NCBI GenBank assembly: GCA_000004985.1
Contig: GG738866.1
Origin: Naegleria gruberi
Lineage: Eukaryota
Reading direction: 5' to 3' (one strand)
Length of the DNA stretch: 64,000 nt
Position numbers and translations under genes: made by a program. Under the pieces are notes generated by a model that saw only the letters and a program-made list of their open reading frames with translations, was not told where the DNA came from and ran no database searches. Below are positions 34,728 to 44,256 of the stretch, one piece after another; the stretch's first letter is position 1; the number at the start of each line of letters is the position of its first letter.

Positions 34728-35408
34728 ATGGTTTGTGTCATTTTGCTATTGGATGTCAATAACACAGAATTGACCAACTCAACAGAAGAACACAGACGTT
34801 TATCTGCCAAGCTAAAGGATAAATATCAAACAACAGCCAAGTTGACCATCTTTGCACACTATTCCATCGATGATTCCAACAAACCTCAACATTATTTCAG
34901 CAGAAGAGATCCTTCATTCTCTCACAGCAGCTTACTAACTATGCCAGAATCTTCGTTCATCACAAACATTCTCCGATTTTATCCCAAAGCTCTAAAATAT
35001 GCACCTCCAGAATATAGAAATAATCAAGTTATAGTTTTGACAGCAGTTCGACATTATGATAGTTGTTTGGAATATGCTGGGGAGGAATTGTTGAATAGTT
35101 TACAGTTTGCTATGCGATTGGTGAGTGAGAGAGGTCTGTATTATAGATATTTACCTGAAAATGTCAAGTGTGAAAGACAAGTGGCAAGACAAGCTGTTAT
35201 GCAAAATGGGCACGTGTATCAGTTCCTATCTCAAGAATTGAGACAAGATGGAGAACTGTTAGTATTGGCAATGAAAACGAATAGTCAAGCCATTTCGTAT
35301 GCTCATCCTAAACTGTTATCTGAAATTAATAATCAAGAATTCAAGAGAGATTATTCTATACTATCTGAGAATAGAGATCATTTAAATGATTTGGCTATAA
35401 ATCCATAA
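34728..35408 (+). CDS. DUF4116 repeat-containing protein
   Basis: 226-aa ORF. C-terminal two-thirds match the DUF4116 repeat pattern: 'LKYAPPEYRNNQVIVLTAVRHYDSCLEYAGEELLNSLQFAMRLV' and 'YRYLPENVKCERQVARQAVMQNGHVYQFLSQELRQDGELLVLAMKTNSQAISYAHPKLLSE'. The true start may be an internal Met. Confidence 0.6.
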   Translation: MVCVILLLDVNNTELTNSTEEHRRLSAKLKDKYQTTAKLTIFAHYSIDDSNKPQHYFSRRDPSFSHSSLLTMPESSFITNILRFYPKALKYAPPEYRNNQVIVLTAVRHYDSCLEYAGEELLNSLQFAMRLVSERGLYYRYLPENVKCERQVARQAVMQNGHVYQFLSQELRQDGELLVLAMKTNSQAISYAHPKLLSEINNQEFKRDYSILSENRDHLNDLAINP

Positions 35409-35578
35409 CAGAAAGCTAACAAGATTTCGAATAAAAAGTACAACAATTATTAGTCTCTTTAGTAGAATGTATGGAGATGTTTCAAATAAAGTCACTGATC
35501 GACACTACATACAATGATGTTTCGGCAACTTTCGTTATCTCCATCAGTTGACTTTTCCAAGTTTAAAAAAAATATTCA

Positions 35579-37542
35579 ATGCAGCAAAATCGAAAGAATA
35601 GTAGGCAAGATCCAATTACATTGGAAAGGGTATACTTCTCTCCGGTATCATTGCAAAGTGATACTGAAAAACCATCATTATTCGAAAAAACTATTCGAAA
35701 GGAAAATCGTATTCATAATTTTTTCCTTAGTATTCGCATGAGTATTTGTACTTTCAATTTTATCATCTTTTTCATACTTGTTATAGTTTGTACATTAACT
35801 TTTGCTTTTTCCTTTCGCGATTCCTTTCGAATAGTTGAGAAGAAACAATCTGATGATTATTCGAAACAAACCATCAACGCTTTTCGAGATGAATTCTTAA
35901 ATCTTAATGACAAAATAGCCAACTATGCAATATGGGACAATATATACGAAATGGTCCATTCATCAAATGCTGCCAATCAAGTTTCTCTCTTCTTCCAAAC
36001 TTACTATCCCTGTTATTTCATGGAGAGAATGTCATTGAATTATATTGCAATGTATTATCCGAATGGTACCCTACTACATTACAAATCATGTTGGAATTTG
36101 GACGAAATTAATGGACTGATTGATGAATTAATTCATTTAGATTCGTTTTATTTAAGGAATTGGAATGATTCTTCAATGAGAGTGAATTCAATTTTGATAC
36201 CCAAACAGAAAATCAACAAGAAAACTTTCGAGTTGGAAATTCTTCCGCCAATTCAATTTAAAAATCATGCAAATCTTACGTATGAGGAAATTCTATTAAT
36301 TTCTGGAACCCCAATTCAAACTTTGAATACAAGTATGGCAGATGGGTTTATTATTTATGGAAGATATTTGGAAAGGGATGTTTTGAATGAAATTGCATTG
36401 AGAACTGGTCATTGCTTTACTGTTTATAATATGGATGATTTGACAGATGTGTCACAACTCAAAATTGATATGGATTTACAAAATGTGAATGGATTGAATG
36501 ATTCCCAAGTAGTATTTGAGTATTTAGAGAATGCCAATTATCATAATTTTGAATCTACTTTGAATGAATATTCATCTTTTTTTGATAGACACGAAATAGA
36601 AAGTTCAAGTTTTCTTACCAAAGTTTCACAAGTTTATTCATATGAAGATAGAACATGTCCTTCATACTTTGGAGTTTCAAATCCATCTACATCATCTGTT
36701 GGAACAAGATTAGTTAACTTTCTCTTATTCAGAGATTTTAAAAACAAGGCAGTAATGGTTGTGAGAATTGATGATGAGCGAAGGAATGAATCGATAATTA
36801 TTGGAGGATCCGCTTCAATCTATGTCTTCTTTGCACTTCTTTCCACAATCTTGAGTTTAGCATTGCAGGGATTTTTTGAAATTGGTATTATTCTAAGGGT
36901 TTCATCCATCCAAAAAATAATTAAGAAAGTCACACAAGACAATGACCCAACACTAAGAATACCCCCTCCAAAACACCAACTCCACGAAAAAGATGAAATT
37001 GGACAATTAGAAATCAACCTAAACGAAATGCTTCGAGCATTAGAATTGGTGCAACACAAACTCTCAAAAGATAACGAAATGATGAAAACAATTTTGGAGA
37101 GAATTACTGTAGAGGGAGAGAAATGTAAGGCAGTGATGAATAGTATTCAGGATTTTATATTTATTGTGGAGTGTGAGAGTGGAAAGTTGATTAGTTCGAA
37201 TGAAACATTTGAAAGAAAGGTTTCCAATGGTTCAAAAAATGTTTTGTGAATCAAATTATTTGTAATGAGAAGGATTTCATATCATTGGAAGAATCATTGC
37301 TAACTTTGGAATATTTATCTCAAAATCAGAATTGTGAAAGATATTTGGCCATACTCATTACGAATCCACTTGCTGAGAATGATAATCCATGGGATGACGA
37401 AACAATTCGAATAAGAAATGACATTCGTTCCAAGCACAACATTCCCATCACCTTATCAGTTGCCAAATCAAGAATTGTGTTATCGAAAGATACCATTGGA
37501 GATGCCTTTATCATTCTCGCTAAACCTCTCTTGGCGGTTTAA
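35579..37542 (+). CDS. Membrane sensor protein: TM - ~330-aa extracytoplasmic domain - TM - HAMP - PAS; no obvious output domain. The reading frame breaks near 37210-37330, from an intron or a frameshift.
   Basis: ORF 35579..37249 has TM1 'ICTFNFIIFFILVIVCTLTFAF' and TM2 'SASIYVFFALLSTILSLALQGFF'. HAMP-like 'DEIGQLEINLNEMLRALELV'. PAS start 'MMKTILERITVEGEKCKAVMNSIQDFIFIVECESGKLISSNETFERK'. ORF 37246..37542 starts with GTG and continues PAS-like ('...NCERYLAILIT...IPITLSVAKSRIVLSKDTIGDAFIIL') in another frame. A weak-donor intron 37241..37329 (GTTTTG...ATCAG, 89 nt) would join them in frame; a +1 frameshift is the alternative. Confidence 0.55.
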
Positions 37543-37888
37543 TTTTCCTCATGTTTCATTATATTATAACGTAATTAATTGTGAGAATCATCTAAGCAAA
37601 TTTCGGGTAATTAAACCCTTATTAGGCCACTAAATGCGCGATCATTGCATTGCGGTTGCCAGCGAGAACTTATTATTAAGGAAACTCGAAACTATTAAGG
37701 GAAAGCATTGAAAAATTGCATCTCCACAATTTAAAAACAAAATAACCACGTTCCAACTTGATACTCACACACACTATATATTTGCCTTATTATATTTTTT
37801 TCAAGCGAGCAATAGGCAAAAAATTCAACAAACAATAAGACAATCCAAAGGTTCAAGTTAATAATAATATACAATATATAAGAATACC

Positions 37889-40644
37889 ATGAAGAATAAG
37901 GTAATTCCACAAGGTGAGGATAATACTCATCAACAAACACCTTCATCATCCACTTCATCAACAACACGAATGGCACTCCCAAACAAAACCTCCTCTAATA
38001 GCAGTATTGTTGTTGGGGGAGTGTCTCCTGTTGCCACATCTCCAGTAATGACCACCACCAACACCAACAACAAAACGACAAAACAAGATTCTTCCCAATC
38101 ATTCTCTATACAGGCAAGTGGGAAGGAGAGTGGTAAGGATTTAAAGGCCAGTTATCAAAGTTATCATTTTCATCCTAATCATGAGGATGAAAACGCCTCA
38201 ACCACCTCACATATGATGGAAATAGCCTATGGTGGAGGAATGTGTTTCAGATCAATAAGTTGCTGTTTGGTGGGGATTATATCTTCGTTGGTGATATTGT
38301 CGGTAGTTACATTGACTAGTATTTGGATATCAACTACTGTTCCAACATTAGCTGTGATGAGTTCGCAATTGAGAGTTGAGCAATTTTCAACAGTTGTAAA
38401 TAATATTAATCAAACGATACAGAATTTGGTCATTGGTATGTTTTTACTTTACCTTAATATACAAATAATACTTTTTCTAATTATAATTTAATATCTTGAT
38501 GGTATTTTTTATAGTATCTGAAACAACGAAAAGACTGTTAACAGAAGATTTTAATTTTTCAGATCCCTCCCTCATTGAAAAGACAATGTATAATTTGTAT
38601 AAGAGTGAAATGGCTCTAGGGCGATCTGAAATTACAATAACGCTGTATATTGGTGATACAGTGGGAAATTGTTGGGGGATTTATAGATCTGGTGATTCTG
38701 TCTTTTATCTAGATGTGAACAAACAACAGGGGCAGAAAATGTACCTTTGTGAAGATGTACAACACTCGGATTATTGCAAGAGAAATCTTGTGAATGCAAC
38801 TGTTGAACTGCCACCATTTGATCTTTCTCCATTGGTCACACATTCTCATGAGCATAGTGGAAGACCGTCATTTTCATTGAGTTATGTAGATTCGACAGTA
38901 CCTAGTGTGACTTTCCTTACACTCCTTAACACTTTCAATTCATCAAGAGTGAGCAATTTCAATTTCAATTATTATTTTGGTTATGATGTGACTTCAGCTT
39001 CAATTTCTTCTTTTCTAGAGAAACAAACCAAATCTGTTGATGGATCAGTTGCGTTTGTAATTGAAACTAAAACAGAATTCTTGATAGCATGTAGTGATAC
39101 TGCCCATCCCCTTGTTGAAGTTAATGAATCAAATGGAGAGGTGATCAGAAAAACTGGATTAACTTTTGCAGATGAATTAACATTCAAAATCGCTCAATTC
39201 ATGTATCATAGTGTAAATAATAATCTGAGCTCCCTAACTTGCGGAAAGGTTCTGTTGGCAGAGGGATCGTTGTACTATATCAATGCTATGAGAGTTTGTT
39301 CAGAACAGGATTTGGACTGGATTATCGTTTGGGCAACACCTCAGAATAGATATACTCAGAGTACAGTAATTGCATTGACAGTGTCTGGAATTTCAAGTAT
39401 TATCATTATCAGTGTTGCTCTCATTGTTGGATTTTTAGCATCCAAGTCAATTGTAAAACCATTTCACAAATTTATGCAGGCAGCAGAATCAATATCAAAT
39501 ATGGAATTGGAATCCTTTTCATTCTCAGATACTCGTATTATTGAAGTGGAAAAGCTGCAAAAAATGTTTGTCATGTTGGCAAATCGATTGAAAACCTACA
39601 GAAGTTTCCTACCTTCTAACGTCTTACTTGAAATTGATAATGGTGGAAAGGATATTAATGCCAATTCAAGTTATCACACCAAAGAATCTCATTTGGGATC
39701 ATTCCTAGTTGGAGGACATAGTAGAGGTTCAAGTTCTTTCAGCTTTAAGAAGAACAAACTGGCTTTAAGATTGGAAAAGAGACAAGTGACAATGTGTGGA
39801 ATTTATATTGAAGGATTTGATTATTGCATACATCATTTGGATTATCACGATATTATTATCATGTTGAGTGATTTATTTGACTCGATTCATAAAACTAGTC
39901 TGACTTCAGCTGCAGAAGTTGGACAATTCGATAACGAGCTCATCACTTTGGCCTGGAACTCCCTGGCTGATCAACCAAACCACATCTTTAGAGGAATTTC
40001 AAATTGTCACATTCTTAGAGATAAACTCTTGAAATCCCTTGAAAAATGGAATGCCAGAGAAGATATTGATCAAGCTCTCAATATTCGAATGTCGCTCCAC
40101 ACTCAAGAATCAATTGTTGGAAATATAGGTACGAGAGAAGCAAAGAGTCATGCCTCCATAGGAAGTTGCCATGCCAACATGAAGAAACTTTCCAAAACTT
40201 GTTCCAGCTTCTCAATTTCACTTCTGGTAACTGAACCAATTCACAAGGAATCTTCCGAATCATTCCTTACAAGATATATCGACACTATTCGATTGTTCCG
40301 TCAAAATGACTGCAGTATTAATATGAGTGAGGAAAAAACAGAAGATGTTGCAGTGTACGAAATTGGAAATAGAAATGATGTTAAAATGGATGGTAAGTAA
40401 TGCAAATATTATTGGCTTAACTAAACTATTTAAATTTCTAATAGAATGGATGTATGAATTGAAGGAAAGGGGAGAGAAAACCAAATGGGATCGATACATT
40501 CTAGGATGTCAATATTTCCACAATGAAGATTACAAAGAAGCTTTCGAATTTTTCGAAGATTATGAAACAATTTTCGAGGAAAGATATGGTCGCTCTGATT
40601 TACCAACTCTAAATCTAATGGCCAAGTGTAAATTGCATTTATAA
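37889..40644 (+). CDS. Receptor-type protein: N-terminal TM, ~380-aa extracytoplasmic domain, TM, HAMP-like linker, class III nucleotidyl-cyclase homology domain with a substituted metal-binding residue (probable pseudo-cyclase); 3 exons
   Basis: Exons 37889..38435, 38515..40392, 40445..40644. Intron 1 is 38436..38514 (GTATGT...TTATAG, phase 1); intron 2 is 40393..40444 (GTAAGT...CTAATAG, phase 1). Both join three track ORFs in frame. TMs 'CCLVGIISSLVILSVVTLTSIWI' and 'VIALTVSGISSIIIISVALIVGFLA'. The cyclase-homology domain spans about 39760..40250: 'RQVTMCGIYIEGFDYC' aligns to 'VTxLFADIVGFT' with D replaced by Y; 'GQFDNELITLAW' aligns to 'IGDxYMA'; 'RMSLHTQESIVGNIGTREAKSHASIGSCHANMKKL' aligns to 'GxHxGxVxAGVIGxxRxxYxxxGxxVNxAxR'. 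Confidence 0.75.
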
Positions 40645-40676
40645 ACAGATAATTTCTTAGTGTTTCAGTAGTTCAT

Positions 40677-41810
40677 ATGTTTTCAAAAATTTGGAAGGCT
40701 TCTCTGACCTGTCATGATCTAAATATAAAGATTACAAAAAAAATGGGCAACAAGCAACCTTCCAACACTCCAGCCTTGCCTGCTGGTTATTCAAAGTCTT
40801 CATCATCGTGTACACCATCGAAGAGTAGTGGCCACTCTTTAATTACTGATTATTTTTCTACCAATTGTAAATTAATTAGAATTAGTGATGCTGATCGGAA
40901 ACAAGAATTGGAAAGTATGAATAGAAACAAAATTAAATATTCAAGTAAATTGGAAAATAATTTACCAGAGGAAATGATCATTCACATTTTGGATTATTTA
41001 CCCATTAGAAATTTAGTATTATTGCAACAAGTTTCGAAAAATTTCAAAATCTATTGGACTCTGTTTCCAGAATTGTGGACTAAATTTTCTGCTCCAATGA
41101 TGTACATGCCAGACAATAACGGAAATTGGACTAGCAGTTATATTCTCTTTCAACAATTCAAATTCAAATTGATGAATTCTTTTGTGAAGGATAAGAAAAC
41201 TCCTAATTTAGAAGGAAAAATTTCAAGAATTGCAGTGTTGGGTGATGATAAAATTGGAAAGACAATCCTTCATCATAGAGCATTTGGAGGTGAACCATTT
41301 TCAGAGATTTACACTTGGACCATTGGTGTCGAGTTTTTCAATCGAATTAATACTCAAAATTTATTGAGAATGCATTCGTGGGATTCTGGTGGTAATGAAC
41401 GATTTAGGGAAATTGTTTGGGGATATCACAAGACTGTAAAGAGTCACTTTTATTGTTTTGATTTGAATAATCACAATTCTTTTGAGAATGCCAAGAAATT
41501 ATTCTACTCTTGGAAGGAAAGATTTTTACAAACTGAAACTGTCGAGTCATTTTTGCAAAGTAATGAATCGTGCATTCTTCTACTGGGATTGAAATCAGAT
41601 TTGGAGCATAAAGTGACTCGAGATGAAATTCATGAATTTTTGGAAGATATTGAGCCACTTAAAAACAAGACACTTCACACCAGCAAAGTTCAATATTTTG
41701 AATTGAGCTCTAAATTAGATTCTGAATCGGATCTGCTTTTCCCATTTATTTATGCATGTTCGGTGGCGATTGAAAGGCCTCTTTTTTCTTCTTTTGGAGG
41801 TTCTAAATAG
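40677..41810 (+). CDS. F-box domain fused to a Rab/Ras-like small GTPase domain
   Basis: 377-aa ORF. An internal ATG at 40743 is an alternative start. F-box 'LPEEMIIHILDYLPIRNLVLLQQVSKNFKIYWTLFPELW'. GTPase motifs: G1 'VLGDDKIGKT', switch I 'TWTIGVEFF', G3 'WDSGGNERF', G4 'GLKSDL', G5 'ELSSK'. Starts only 32 nt after the stop of the upstream gene. Confidence 0.75.
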   Translation: MFSKIWKASLTCHDLNIKITKKMGNKQPSNTPALPAGYSKSSSSCTPSKSSGHSLITDYFSTNCKLIRISDADRKQELESMNRNKIKYSSKLENNLPEEMIIHILDYLPIRNLVLLQQVSKNFKIYWTLFPELWTKFSAPMMYMPDNNGNWTSSYILFQQFKFKLMNSFVKDKKTPNLEGKISRIAVLGDDKIGKTILHHRAFGGEPFSEIYTWTIGVEFFNRINTQNLLRMHSWDSGGNERFREIVWGYHKTVKSHFYCFDLNNHNSFENAKKLFYSWKERFLQTETVESFLQSNESCILLLGLKSDLEHKVTRDEIHEFLEDIEPLKNKTLHTSKVQYFELSSKLDSESDLLFPFIYACSVAIERPLFSSFGGSK

Positions 41811-41852
41811 TTTTTCATGTACAAGTAGTGAAAAAGGTTTTCCAATCAATAA

Positions 41853-42725
41853 CTATTGAGTAGTATCTTCACACAAAGTAAACTTTCCAATGGTTAATCT
41901 CTCATTGGAACGATCTTTAGAAATTATATCTCCCTTCCACACTAGCTCATTTAACATATTTTCTCCTTTTACATAAAGAGTACAGCAAACGTCATCATCC
42001 AAGTTATAATACCTCTCTTGGAGAGTTGCTCCTAACATTCCACTACCAATTTCAAATAAGAGTTTTCCCTTTTCAAATAACATTTCAATATCAATCTCTC
42101 CATTTGAATCCGATGCCTTAAGAATCAAACATTCTTTCATGTCATCTCTAATTGTCATCACTTGCTGGAGCTTATATGTATCAACATCCCCCTCCTTCAA
42201 TATTCTGAACATGTTACCAACTGAAATAATTGAGCTCTTTGAAAACTCTGTATCATTTCTCCTTATTAAAACAGTATTTGGGCTATCCAAGCACCTATCA
42301 TCCGAGTTGTAGTGTACATTCCCTTCCACATCTTTCACTAAATGTTGTTCCATATAAAAATTAAAATTCATAATCTTGTATGATCTAGGTTCCTTAAACT
42401 CTGCATAGTAATCCTTCACATCCACTCTCGAACCAACAGAAAATGAAACAGAATGTGTGAGTGGTAAACAACTCTCAGAAATCCAATCATTAGGAGAGTG
42501 ATACTCCAAAGTAAGTCGCATTCTTTTTCCTATCAAATCCCTACCACTAGCAAACATTAAACACTTCTCCTTCTCATATTTGAACCGATCTTTCAAAAAT
42601 CCTCTCAATCTACCATCAGCAGCATCAGCCGTGTGGTTATTTACAAAATCCAACAACTCACAAGTTACTAAGAACTCTTCAATTTTTTTTAAATCTTTTG
42701 GGTAATGAATAATATTCAAGTTCAT
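41853..42725 (-). CDS. Hypothetical protein
   Basis: 290-aa uninterrupted ORF, ordinary composition, no recognisable motif. Ends 42 nt from the stop of the convergent F-box/Rab gene. Confidence 0.5.
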   Translation of the reverse strand: MNLNIIHYPKDLKKIEEFLVTCELLDFVNNHTADAADGRLRGFLKDRFKYEKEKCLMFASGRDLIGKRMRLTLEYHSPNDWISESCLPLTHSVSFSVGSRVDVKDYYAEFKEPRSYKIMNFNFYMEQHLVKDVEGNVHYNSDDRCLDSPNTVLIRRNDTEFSKSSIISVGNMFRILKEGDVDTYKLQQVMTIRDDMKECLILKASDSNGEIDIEMLFEKGKLLFEIGSGMLGATLQERYYNLDDDVCCTLYVKGENMLNELVWKGDIISKDRSNERLTIGKFTLCEDTTQ

Positions 42726-42966
42726 GATGTTTTACAGTGTGCGATTCAACACCTTTTCAAAGTTAAAAAAAAATATTCAATAGTTTTGTATTTTAAGAGA
42801 TGAACGGATTCTTCCAAGGAGGAACACCAAGGTGGTTGCCTGTTGGTTTTCAAGTTGTATGTTTTTTGAATGATAATGACGATGATGAATTTTAAATATC
42901 GGAATAATGATGATAAAATTGATGAAATACCGTTAATTGGATGTCATGAATATATAGCCACAACAA

Positions 42967-44134
42967 ATGATGACCAATCAACAACAATTTGTTAATCAAG
43001 CAACAATGGTTTATTATCGATATGATAAGGATAGAAATGGAGTTTTGAAGAAGAAGGAATTCAAGAAGGCTATGCAAGGTTTGTTTTTATATTTTGATAT
43101 CTTTGTTCCTAAAATGTGTCTTTTTCAAATTGTGGATGACAATGATGACGAATTTTCTCACTCTTGCATTTGTTCTACACCAATTAATTGCAATTACAAT
43201 TTTAGAAATGGGAGCTCATAAAGGTGAAACTAAGCATCTCTTCAAAATGGTTGATACTGATCACAATAAGGTCATCACTCTTAATGGTAAGTTTATTTAA
43301 CAACCGAGTGTAGGGTTTATTTACGCATGATGATTTTAGAATTTATTAATGGTATGTTTAAGCAATATTATGATTAGCTCATTAATTTTAGCATTCTTAT
43401 TCTTACAAAGTGGAGGTATGAGATATAAAGGAACTGGATATAGCGGAGCTTATGGAACTTTGGGATCAACAACCACAACCGTAACTTATACTGGAAAACC
43501 AGTGATGCAATCAGGAATGCAACCTCAAACAGGTTATGGTATGCCTCAAACAATGGCGGGCCAATATCCACCATCTCAACAATACCCTCCTCAACAAGGC
43601 TATCCACAACAAGGAATGACTAGCACTACCATGACAATGAATGGTCACCAATATCCACCTCAATATCCACCTCAATATCCACCACAACAAGGAATGCAAC
43701 CAGGTATGAATCCTCCAAGTTATCCACCACAACAAGGAATGCAACAACCTGGAATGTATAATCCTCAAACAAGTCAATATCCGCCTCAATCTGGAATGCA
43801 ACCACAACAAGGAATGTACGTTCCACAAACTGGTCAATATCCTCCACAACAACAAGGAATGCAACCAGGTATGAATCCTCCAAGTTATCCACAACAAGGA
43901 ATGTATACCCCTCAACAAGGAATGCAACCACAACAAGGCATGTATAATCCACAATCTGGCCAATACCCACCACAACAACAAGGAATGCCTCAACCTGGAA
44001 TGCAACCACAACAACAAGGAATGCAATATCCACAACAAGGCATGTACACTCCTCAAACTGGCCAATACCCACCACAACAACAAGGACAACAAGGAATGCA
44101 ATATCCACCTCAATATCCACCATCTCAACAATAA
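42967..44134 (+). CDS. Two-EF-hand calcium-binding protein with a long C-terminal Pro/Gln-rich 'YPPQQGMQ' repeat tail; proposed 4 exons including a 12-nt micro-exon
   Basis: Proposed exons 42967..43078, 43206..43286, 43340..43351, 43392..44134. EF-hand 1 '[14 protein letters not shown]'. EF-hand 2 '[12 protein letters not shown]|EFIN' (the glutamate at loop position 12 comes from the micro-exon). Introns 43079..43205 (GTTTGT...TTTTAG), 43287..43339 (GTAAGT...TTTTAG), 43352..43391 (GTATGT...TTTTAG, 40 nt) all keep frame. Alternative: the EF-hand protein ends at TAG 43375..43377, and 43349..44134 is a separate gene starting with a signal-peptide-like '[23 protein letters not shown]'. Confidence 0.5.
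43560..44130 (+). repeat. Coding tandem repeat (imperfect ~21-30-nt units encoding [15 protein letters not shown])
   Basis: Recurrent 'cctccacaacaaggaatgcaacca' / 'caatatccacctcaa' units. Translation '[57 protein letters not shown]...'. Confidence 0.75.
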
Positions 44135-44256
44135 TTGTAATTTAAGGTTTTCGTCTGTGGTGTTAACACCAACAAAGAAAATAAAAAAAATTGTCCAAAA
44201 GTGAAATCTCTACACTGCATTAATTAGACAAAATGCTTAAACCGAAACTCAATCAA

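Noticed and set aside
37246-37542. Treating the GTG-initiated 98-aa ORF as an independent gene
   Set aside because: The ORF track allows non-ATG starts. The sequence continues the PAS fold of the upstream ORF, so it is better explained as the same gene with an intron or frameshift.
43560-44130. Regularly spaced short repeats that might look like a CRISPR array
   Set aside because: The repeats are imperfect, in frame, and encode the YPPQQGMQ protein repeat. There are no unique spacers and no cas genes, and the locus is eukaryotic.
43511-44131. 206-aa and 165-aa minus-strand ORFs (Trp/Leu/His-rich) antisense to the PQ-repeat region
   Set aside because: They are the reverse-complement reading of the tandem CCA/CAA/GGA codon repeats. 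Their composition is implausible and they lie fully inside the sense-strand repeat gene.
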